The notes under the pieces: model-generated
Told to the model about the DNA's origin: nothing
The model's input: the letters and a program-made list of their open reading frames with translations, nothing else
Database searches by the model: none
Origin: Paragordius varius
Taxonomy: Eukaryota > Animalia > Nematomorpha
Direction: 5' to 3'
DNA length: 64,000 nucleotides
Assembly: GCA_964247055.1 (NCBI GenBank)
Contig: OZ176053.1
Location: forward strand, 9,858,001-9,922,000
Translations under genes and position numbers: made by a program
In this document: positions 53,151 through 64,000 of the stretch, one piece after another
Layout of the letters: every line of letters starts with the position of its first letter
Position numbering within the stretch: position 1 is the first letter of the stretch

Positions 53151-53219
53151 TTAAAGTATTTATTTTGAAAAGCACTTTTTATACACTGTGGTAACGAATG
53201 AGTAAAATTTCAAATCTGT

Positions 53220-56200
53220 ATGTCCAACAATAGTAAATTAAAAAATCGGAATATAGATGATAGTAGGGTGAATTCAAAAAGGTTAAAATTATATATATTT
53301 TAGGCAAAAAACTCATACTATTTTTCGGGAAAAATCAGTTTCATTATCTTTAATTTTAGTTAAATGATAAAATATTTGATTTCTATCATAATCATCGCCA
53401 ATATGAATATATATGGGAACATAAGCACCGAATAAAAAGCGACATGGAAAATAGAATTTCCAGGCATTTTCCTGGTATCTACAAACTTTTATTATAGGAT
53501 CTTCAATATTTATTACTGGGTCATCAAGCACCGGCCTTGGCAATAACAAATGTGATCTTGATATGTGCTTGCATATCCCAGATTTAGAGGTATTCATTTT
53601 CACCTATTTTTTCTTTTGTGTTTTCATAATCTAAATTAGTTTTTTATTATTAGGATGACCGGAACAATATATGTTCAGCTCTGCATTTCACAAAGAGACT
53701 TTTCCATTGCGGTACATGTCTATTTTAATTAAATTTATTATTTAAATAGAGTAAACCCCTAAAAAATAGTTATAAATGGATGTTTCAGTCATTGTTAAAA
53801 TATGTGCCTTAACATAATTGTTTACGATTTCCAGACTCCTTGCCAGTCTTCATAAATTAAAATAAATTTATTACTTAATACAGGAAACTGCTAAAACTCT
53901 TCGAAAACATTTCTTCTTTAGCCTATAATTAGAATAAATTTTTGCTCAAGACGCATTGAAAACAAAGATCCTCGGAAAATACCGCTTTTTTAATCAATAT
54001 AAAAGGGGTATTGAGCCCTATTTTAGTTACAAACAAAATCGCACTGATATTTAATGAAAATATATTCTGTTACTTAGGCAATAATAGAGATAATAATTTA
54101 AAAGATTAGCGTTGAAAAAAAGGTTTTAGACATATTGGGATTATGAGCTCTTCTAATCATTGGTTCACGTCATTTCTTCTAAACTATATCTTATAAAAGG
54201 TTACCCTTTAAAGTATTTTTTAATTTTACATTTTGGATGTTTGATATCTTCCATTGTCATCACCACTTAAATGTTACTATAAAAATTGTATCTCCATTTC
54301 TATATAATTAGCTTTGCGAAAAGTTGAAATATTAATTTCAAATTGTCCAAAATTTGATTTTAACCTCCTTTTAAATTTGATCACATATTCTTTGCCAAGA
54401 CACCAATTGTTTTAAACAACTTTTTGTTAATTTGCTAAAACATTTTATCGAAAATATACAACAAATATTCAAATATAACATTTAAAAGAGTAATGAAAAC
54501 ATTATAAAATGCATACTAATATGTATTACATCGATTGTTAGTATTGGACGTAGGAAGTGGCAAACGCGCGAAACGAGAGCGTTTTTTAATTAATACATTT
54601 TTAAAACTAATGGATGAAAATAGCTCAAATTTTGTGTAAATGGCAATAAATGACCAAAAAAGATATCACAAGAAAGTCTTTTTAAAACATATATTGCTTT
54701 TATGTCATTAAAAACCGCCATTATTAAGTTTATGTTGTTTAAAAAATTTCCATCTCATAATTAATTTGTTTTCTTTTAAAAGCTTTTAATTTTAACATTT
54801 TAAAGAGTAAAAATATAGGTTTAGGTATTCTTGATCTTTTATAACCATTATGTAATAAATTTACATTTATATGCAATTATTTTTAACCTGCTAGGAACGT
54901 TGCGAAGCACAAGAGTTATAAAGGCAACTTGTCCCATTCTAAAATTATATGATAGGAAAAGGTACACCAACATAAACTTTTTTACCTTTAATATTTACGA
55001 TTGCTAAATTTATTTCCTATAAATACTATTTGTAGGGATATTGAAATTGATTTGAACATTAACAATAGGATTGGTATCTACAATACGTTCTTGCTTAAAG
55101 CCTATGCATTAGGTAATAGATATTTATTTCGATATTAATCACGATACATTTTATTTATCTAAATTCTATACATTTTTTGAATCATATAAATAATACAGTG
55201 GACTTCCGCATAATGATACAGTTCCCACCTCATAATAAGCCTTTTAAAATGAACAGCGCCTCTAATTTAATTAGCGAATCATTATATTTCGATTTTGAAT
55301 AATGTTTGGTTTTGAATCTATAATTTAAACACATATATCTTCTCGCACTTGTCTGTTGGTATTTTACTACATCCCAAGAGTCAAATTGAATTCAAGAATT
55401 TTCATCGTTTTTGCATTTTTTGAATAATAGTGGAATAATAGAGAGTATCTTTTATAATATAAAAAAATAATTTAAATTTAATTAACAAATTTAATTTTAA
55501 TCATTTCAATTGCCATGATCCGGATATTAAGCAACGATTTTTCTTACACTTAATATCATTATGTGGTAACATTGTTGCATGTATAGATTATTACGTTTCG
55601 AAAATAATTATACAACAATATTTTATAATTTTAGCCGATTCTCGAGTTAGTCCCCTAATACTCCTCCTTAAACGATGGGCCAAAGATCATGGCATAAATG
55701 ATGCTAGTCGACAAGGCATAAGTAGTTATTCGTTAGCCCTTATGATCATCAATTTTTTACAAGGTAATTATTGACTCATTAAATGTCGTCATTGCATTTT
55801 TTCGATATAATTTTATAACTTTTGTGCTATTAAGATAAAAAATGTAAATACATGCATATATGGGCAGTAAACCGTTTATCAATGTTTTGGCGAAAAATAT
55901 TTATCAATATTAATCCACTTGTATTTTTAAATATATCTTTTTGTTCGTTTTATTCTTCGCCCAAAATTGTTATATTCATTTTTATGCTGACTAATAATAA
56001 TTGAAATTATATAAAAAATGCAGTTTTATATTTTTATAAAAATACTTTTGGCCCTATTTATTGATGGAAACATAATATGCAATTTATATTATTTTATGTT
56101 TAGTTGGTTGTTCGCCACCTGTGTTACCATCACTTCAAATGCTTTTACCGGTATCTGTTATATATTTTTAATTATTTTTTTCTATGATTTTAAATAATAT

Positions 56201-57750
56201 TAATGGTTTATTCATATTATACAGAATTTGTTCGACCCATTAAAAAATGATTTAAGGCATTTTGCAAATTATGCTCAACTCCATTACATATTACAATCGG
56301 TTTGGCTGTCTACAAATCATGAGGATATGGGAACTTTGCTACTCAAATTCTTTGAATATTATGCCATTAAATTTGAGTATTTATCTCATGATTATTTTTG
56401 CAAAGATGTATGCATATATATATACTTATTTTTCCTAATAGTTTTGATAATATGGCCCCCTCAGTAAGATTGGCCAACATTGTATCACGGACAAATGTTG
56501 TATCCAATATAAAAAATTTGAAACAAAGTATGAACACCACCAGGAAATATATTTGTGTTGAGGGTAAAATTTTAATTTTCGGTATTTATTGACACTTTTA
56601 ATAAGTTTTTATATAGTGTCTCGTCACCATCGTTTTAATTTTATAATGCAACTTATGCCATTTCTTCCTTGAGAGCACGACATAAGTCAAATTAAAATCC
56701 TTAAATATGATCAAATATTACACAAAATATTATGGAAAATGAATATTATTAAAAAATTTATGAAATTTTTTTATAATCATTTATATTCTGCACTTCTTTG
56801 CAATCATGGTTTATAACTAGTCATATCAAATCAGATTTTTGTTTATTAGTTTTTTAATAAATTTATTTATTACATCGGCTTCTCTTGAACAATGGATCAA
56901 ATATTACGAAATTCCATATCTTTTTAGTTATGTTATATTTGAATTTAACTAGATAAATAATAATATATTTTAGTTGTACATAATACCTTATATTTTCTTA
57001 GAAATTATGAGATTAAATTTTATATATATGCAATATATTTTATCACTGTAGCGCAATTTATTTAGAATGTAAACCTTAAAATTTACATAAAACGGCCTTA
57101 TTATGATGATTATATATAATTCTTTATATCATAAACATGCCGCTATTTGAAGTATTTATTTTTTGTGATACACGTGATAATTAATTTGATTTTTATTTGT
57201 GCGATTAGAACCCTTCAATTTAACTAACACAGCTTACAGCACTTATAATTATGCCATGTATAGACGATTCAGACTAGCACTCCTCAATACCCTTAAACGG
57301 TTAAAAGCGGAACCCAGTTTAGAGGCATTGGCTTATGAACCGGAACGGAATGGCCCTAATGGTTACATTCATTTATTGAATGAAAAAATCAGCAAAAATC
57401 AACGATTTCCCCACCTTAAAGCGTTAGGATCTATGTCCACTTTTGAGAATCTTCTTTCTCGCTATCAATCATCTTCAGTTGAACAACAATCTCGATCTCT
57501 TTTGCACAAAATTAAGAATAACAATAAAGAACATAGTTCGTCAAAGAGTAATAATATTAACGAGACTACAGATACTAAAATCATTACACCAAAAAAATTG
57601 CCCACACCCAAAAATCTCTCTCTTAAAAAGCGTCAAAATGTTTCTCAAACAAAAAATGACAAATCACACTCAGAGCTCAATGCAAAATCTATAAAAAATG
57701 ATGAAACCAACAATAAGAATTATTCACAGGGAATGGAATTATCTTTTTGA
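53220..57750 (+). CDS. GLD2: GLD-2-like (TENT2/PAPD4-type) non-canonical poly(A) RNA polymerase, 12 exons, ~498 aa
   Basis: Exons 53220-53281, 53304-53337, 53360-53474, 53498-53589, 53654-53711, 54895-54961, 55036-55112, 55635-55763, 56104-56150, 56225-56376, 56442-56563, 57209-57750 (1497 nt, phases consistent). Nucleotidyltransferase motifs GSSSTGLG...CDLD, IKATCPILK, EIDLNINN..G..NTFLL, KRWAKDHGINDAS...SSYSL, ICVEEPFNLTNTA. Orthology to GLD-2 rather than a TUTase/MTPAP is my judgement from these motifs. Confidence 0.85.
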
Positions 57751-59479
57751 TTATCTATTTGTACTATATTATTTCTTAATATATTAAATATTAGTAATTA
57801 ATTTAAACCAATTTATATATTTGTCATAAACTCATATGATTTTTTGATTTCGATGATTTTCTAAGTAAATAACAAGTGAATATTATTTACATGTAATGCT
57901 CAAATATTTTCTGTAACATTTCAATCAACATCATTACTTTCAACATCGACGCTTTTATAAACATTTTATTTTGAGATCAAAACATAATTTTAATCCATGT
58001 TACATATGCTTTAATCAATGGAGCATGTTCACCATTTTGCCAGCAAAAGGAAAATACAACCTTTTCTTTTAATTAAATAAGAAAAGCAATGCGTGCCACA
58101 AATTTTTTTGACACAAAATTCGACATATATACTGAATGATAAAAAACGCTAGTTTTTGGCGAACTCAACTTTGTGTGTTTGCCGTTTGGTCAGATGAACA
58201 AAAGCTTCTGTGTCTTTTTCGCTGTCATTTTCTCTTAGTTAAATCCTAATGATTTATGACTACTCCTAGTACTTCATATTAATTTATTGGATATGATAGT
58301 ATATCAGCTCTTGGGAAATTAGTTTAAGGCTCTAAATCCTTCCAAATTTTTTTAGACAAAACCCGTACCACACATTCCATTTTTTATGGCAAACCTAATT
58401 CATAAATAAAATCAGTGGTTTTTTAAAGCCTATAGCATGCAGAGATGAGTTTGAAAAAAAATTTAACGTCCAAAATGTTAAATAAAAGGCCAAGGACACT
58501 CTTGTGCAAATCATATAAAAAATTAACATAAAGATATTTTATATTAGCATCATTTATAAATACGCCTAGGGTAACTGAAAATTTTTCTCAAAACCTTTCA
58601 GTTTTTCCCTACCGCTCATGAAAAATGGGGTTTGAGAACTATTGGCTTTCACGCAATTAATCGCGTTGAATTCAAATTATAAATTTTTATAAATGCGCGG
58701 TGAGTGACCCATTTTTTGAACTTACGCCTCATTCTAACTACCCTTCTAATGGTTTTAACAAATAGTTTTACATACATTTTTTAGAAAACATGTGGGTCCA
58801 GCTGGACTAATGGAATTTTTTGCGCCGGTTGGGGTTGGCGTGGCGTTTTTGAATTTTCTGCCCCTAAAAATAAGTTTTTAAGCAATTCAAAAATGGATTT
58901 GCGCCGAAAGCGACTAAGCCATTTTTATAGATTTTTCTCTTATAACATTTTCATCCTTCTGAAAAAGGGTTCTAAACAAATTAGGTTTGGAAGCAATCCA
59001 AGTTCGGCCGATTTATACTTAAAAGTGGATGTTTCAAATGAGCCAAGAAAGATTGAGTTATTTTTTAAATTAATGCATCATTTGAGCCCCACACCTATGG
59101 TTTTCGAAAAAATATTGGCTACAAATTTAGTAAAAAGAAGTTTTTAAAAATGCGCCGTTAGTGACTGCGCCATTATTTTGGACAATAACTTGAGTCTCGC
59201 TCGTGTGTTTTTTAAAAATATTGGGAGCAGTTTTACTGTAGGCCCGATCGAATTTGATAATGATTTTTTGGTTAGATTAAGAAGAGGGCAAAAGCCTTTA
59301 GGTTTTAGTTTAGCCTCATCCCGTGTAAGAACAGTAATTATTAAAGGATTAGCCTTCTGGCAATATCAAATAAACCGTGTGGGCCCATTCGACTTTTTTA
59401 CCCATTAAGGAGAAAACAATGCTATTTTTTATGTAAAAACTTCTTCCAAATTTTACACATTCGATGTTTAAAGCTGTCA

Positions 59480-62355
59480 AATAAATATTGATGCGAAGAA
59501 AAATAACCGGTTAGGCCTGGCCAGCCACGGTTTTAGTGTTGTGGCCAATAATACAAAGAGAATGCATAGGAAAATGGGTTGCTTGGGTTTTTCTAGTTTA
59601 AATGTTGGTTCACTGAAAAGTAAGTTAAATGATATTGTGAGAATAATGAAAGTTAAACATATAGACATTATGGCATTACAAGAGACTCGTTACCGCTGAA
59701 ATGGAGCAAGGACTTTGGAAAAGAATTATTGATTAAATTACTCAGGTGAAAGTGACGGACGAAATGGAGTGCCAGTTAACATATATCCTTAATTGTCCAA
59801 TCAGGTTAAAGAGGTTACCCGCTATAACAGCCGAATCATGAATTTAGATATTTTGGTAGGTAACGAGGTCATAACGGTATTTAGTATATATGCCCCGCAA
59901 ATAGGTTTATCAAAACAAGAAAAGGAGGAATTTTACGAGACTCAGGATGAAAAATTAGTCGCTCTCCCTCAGCCCAGATTCAAGTTTTTATGTGGGGATT
60001 TTAATGGTCATTGTGGTTCAATAGGGAATCTTTTGAAATATGGCACGAGGGACATTCTTATCGAGAAAGAAACGAGGAGGAATTAATTTGCTTAGATTTG
60101 CACATCCCACAATTTGGCTATAACGAAGACGTTTTTTGAAAAAAAGGGAGTTATCTAATAACTTACAAAAGTGGCATATTCAAATCACAAATAGATTTTA
60201 TACTAGTCCCAAGAGACTTGTTGAAGATTACATTGGACTGTAAGGTTGTGCCAAATTTAGAGATTAGTTCGCAACATAATTTACTTATTTGTAATTTTTT
60301 TATGAAAAAAAGTCAAAACACATTGATCCTTGCTCAAAGAGATTAAAAACTATAAAGTGGGATAAATTATCTGAAAAAAAGCAAGCTTTTATAAAAGAAT
60401 TACCAACCGAGGATGGTGGATTAAATGGTGAGTGGGATAAAGTCAGCTAGTTAATCAAAAAGGCAGGAACTCTAATTTGTTGATTAAATGGCGGCAAATC
60501 TCAAGTCAGAGAGGCTTGGCTTTACGATGAAAGAATAATATTGATGTCACGAGAAAAAGGTAAAGCTTTTGACAAATGGAGACATACAAGGAATGATGAT
60601 GATAGAGATAAGTATAAAAGTTTAAATAATTAAAAAAATTAGGCCAGGTTAAAAAAAAAAGATGAATTTTTTTATGATGAGTTAAATTGTAAGCAAGATT
60701 TAAACGAAGTGTATAAAGTTGCCAGCAAAGGAATAAACGCAGGATGGATTTACCATGTTATGCGACTGCAATAAATGAAAAGATGGAAACTTGTTGTGCG
60801 AAAATGTAGATATATTAAAAAGATGGAAAGAGTACTTTGTGTTTAGATGAAGGGTAGGCGAGATATTTTTGCCAAATACAGTTGAAGCTACTGAGAGACT
60901 AATAGAATCAATTACACAAAAGGAAGTAAATCCAATTTGTTAGAAATTCCAAACAACAAGGCTGTAGGATCGGACGACATAAATATAAATTGTTGGAAAG
61001 TTGCTTAGATTGGCTGGATCAAATTTTTTGGAGCGTGTATTTAATAAGTTGTTTCAACTTATGAAATCCCGGTTGAATGCAAGGAAAGTTTAACTATGCC
61101 TTTATTTAAAGTAAAAGGTAATATAAATGAATGTAATAACTATAGAAGGATAAAACTAATGTCGCACACCATGAAATTGTTTGAAAAATAATTGAAAAAC
61201 GAATCAGGAAAATGATATCTATAGAAGGAAATCAATTTGATTTCATACCAGGAAAGTCAACAATAGACCCCATACATGCGGTTAGGAGATTGATTGAAAA
61301 ACACATTGAAAAAAAGAAAGAATTAAAGGGGTTTTAATTTACATAGAGAAGGCGTTTGACAGAATTCCTAGAGAAACTATTTGGTGGAATCTCGTCGTAA
61401 AAAGGTGCCAGAAAGTTATAATGTTACAAAAATAATGTATCCCACAGCTCCAGGATTAAAACTCCGCAAGGATTATCAGAGCCCTTTTCAATAAAGCATG
61501 GAGTCTATCAAGGCTCACCCCCCCAGTCCCTTATTGTTTATAATTTGTATGGGCGTGGCCAAGGTCGTCAATGTAATTCAGGTTGGTACTTAATGTATGC
61601 AGATGACATAAGCATCTTGTCTGATTCATTGGCTGAGTTAAAGCGAACGGTAAACAGATGGGTTATTATACTGAATCAATACGGTCTGAAAGTAAACAAA
61701 GCAAAAACTGAATTTATTATTTTTGGGGTGATAGTTGGGTTCTGAAGGGTAAAGAAAGGTGTAAATATTTGGGGGCAATGTTAAATTCAGATGGATCGTT
61801 GACCGATGATATTAATTTAAAAATAAAGAGCAGTTGGGTAAATTGGAAGAAATTTCAAGCGAGTTATGTGATCGAAATATTGATGTTAGAGTGAAAGGTA
61901 AGATATACAGTTCAGTTGTTCAACCCATTGATGTATAATTCACAGACATGGGGCGTCAAAAAATCCGAAGAAAGACATTTTAAAGTCACGGAAATGAAAA
62001 TGATTAATATGATGTGTGAGGTAACAAGAAAGGATAGAATTAAGAATAGATTTTTTCGTGGGAGCACAGATATTAAACCAATAGTGGAAAGAATGTCAAA
62101 AAATAGGCTACGTTGGTTCGGGCACATTGAAAGGAGAGATTCTAATTATCTTGCAAAAATAATAGATAGTCATGTAATTGAGGATAAACGAGGACGTGGG
62201 CGGCCTAAAACGAAATGGATAGATACAGTAAAAAGAGAGCTAGCAGAATACGAGCTTAATGCAAAGGACGCCATAGATAGAGTTCTATGGCGAGACAGGT
62301 TGTATAACATGACCGCTCTCACGAATGAAAACATTTAATGTAATAATAATAATGC
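59480..62355 (+). mobile_element. Near-full-length decayed RTE-clade LINE (APE endonuclease + reverse transcriptase)
   Basis: SLNVGSL, IMALQETR, SIYAPQ, LCGDFNGH (endonuclease); NYRRIKLMSHTMKL, EKAFD, YQGS, LMYADD (RT); RTE-type C-terminus MKMINMMC...RLRWFGHIERR...KRGRGRPK..W; ends in a short (TAA)n tail at ~62337-62355. Many stops and frameshifts. Confidence 0.9.
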
Positions 62356-63179
62356 CCTAATATCCATTTACAAGATATTAGAGCTTTAATTTCCACAGGT
62401 TAAAAACATTACATGTTTCATTTTCTAGATTTATGAAATTCAATATTTCTATGTTATTTACTGTATTTACCGCCAACGAAAGCATTTATTTATGGCTAGT
62501 CGCCTTTTTTATAATCTAAATTTCATCTGTAAATACTCATCATGTATTTTTTGTAGGTTTGATATCATTAGAATTTCATAGTTTATATATTGTACTATTT
62601 TATTAACCTACTTCTGATAATATACAACCGGGCCGATGATACATTGTGAGTAATTAAATATTGCTAGTATTAATTATTGCCAAATATATGCAGTAAAGAG
62701 AATTATTATCGGTTAATAATAGTAAAAAGTGAAAAAAACTATAAGCCAATAATACTACCCTTTGTTGTATGTGCTATTTGATAAATAACTTTCTAGCAAT
62801 GTATACGTACTCATACTCTAATAAATCTGTACCGCACATAAGAAATGCATTATAAATATATTTTTGCAAGATTATCACAAAAATACAATATGATCATTGA
62901 CAGTGATGCCAATATAATTTTGGATATAACGCTTAATTCAAAACTGAGCATTTAAAATTAATAAAAATCGTTTGCTACTTATATCATATCATGGCAAATT
63001 CACCCGGTTTCGGCAATCTCGCATTAAACCATAAACAGCACAAAACCACGCCTTAACAACGCTAGTTGTGGGATAATTGTAAATTAACGAAATCTTTTGT
63101 GCGCATCGTGTTATAAGCAAAATAAATTTTTTGACAATATTTTTATATACAAGATAATTTATAATAACTATGGTTAAAA

Positions 63180-64000
63180 TCAATTATTCACGTAACCCAA
63201 ATAATCATCCATTAAAGATCCAATGGCAAACTAAAATTTTAAATAGCAACATACTATATCGGATGTATCAATGCGGGTTCCAACAATTCGAACACGAATT
63301 TCATCTTGTTCCTTGATCATAATATCCTGAAAACATAATGTAGAATAAATAATACATATCAAAAATTATATTACGAATGTTAATACGGGGAGCTATATAA
63401 TGTTGCCCCTAAGATTAGCCAAATATTATAAACACTTTTGTGGCCTCTTATCCTAAAAACTATAAATAAAAAACCAATATATGAAAATCAAATAAACAAA
63501 GCTGAGGATTCGAAGAAATCATTATATACAGAATGTAATACTTACATCATCATTGGTCTTGTAACATGGTTGCAAGGAATTCGGATCGAATTCCATATCA
63601 GATGGAATGCTCTAAAAATTATTAAAAGTATACGTGTTTTGAAATAAAACATGTTAGGGGTCCGATTTCACAAAATATCCCAACCTTAAATGTTATATAA
63701 TAGTCATATACCTTATTTATTTGTGTGACGACACCGTCCAAAACTTCGCCCTTGAATGGCATAAACACAATTGCTTTATAATGAACATTGTATGTAACAT
63801 AACCGCGCCCAGATTTTATAATGCCCGAGCCAATGTTATCGATAGATGTAACAGCAATTATGAATCCATACCTAAAATAAATTGTAGAATTATACTGTCC
63901 TGAGCAAGTACCTTCCACTTCGTAAAATAATTTTTGTTTCACAGTGTTTAACAAGTTAGGACCAAAGTATCTCGGATGAAGTATAATCTCATGTTGCAGG
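63180..64000 (-). CDS. POLR2G: DNA-directed RNA polymerase II subunit RPB7 (5' end lies beyond the window)
   Basis: Exons >64000-63896, 63871-63712, 63684-63634, 63611-63546, 63326-63255, 63230-63180. Spliced product [40 protein letters not shown]...[42 protein letters not shown]...[11 protein letters not shown]...[16 protein letters not shown] is colinear with RPB7. Confidence 0.96.

Noticed and set aside
62989-63196. Alternative RPB7 C-terminus through a 29-nt GT-AG segment into ORF 62989-63183
   Set aside because: Read-through gives DDYLGYVNN*, matching normal RPB7 length; the long alternative tail has no resemblance to RPB7. Not counted as a micro-intron.

Overview
Strongly AT-rich, intron-containing eukaryotic (metazoan, probably invertebrate) genomic DNA; the taxon cannot be fixed from the sequence. 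I reconstructed exons by hand (GT-AG boundaries, phase continuity, recognisable family motifs) for: the first coding exon of an unidentified gene running off the left end (-), POLDIP2 (-, 11 exons), a furin-like proprotein convertase (+, ~15 exons), a small secreted His/Arg/Tyr-rich prepropeptide (+), Munc18/unc-18 (-, 17 exons), a GLD-2-like non-canonical poly(A) polymerase (+, 12 exons) and RPB7 (-, 5' end outside the window). Intergenic and intronic space holds decayed mariner, IS630/Tc1-like, Ty3/gypsy and RTE-LINE elements and several MITE families. I found no rRNA, tRNA or CRISPR array. The most striking signal is at least 10 ultra-short GT-AG introns of 22-27 nt (6 of them exactly 22 nt, one inside a transposase), coexisting with 1-2 kb introns. 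Also notable are the furin-site-flanked His-rich peptide lying between the furin and Munc18 genes, a ~280-aa N-terminal extension on the furin, and a recursive-splice-like AG|GTAAG site in Munc18.
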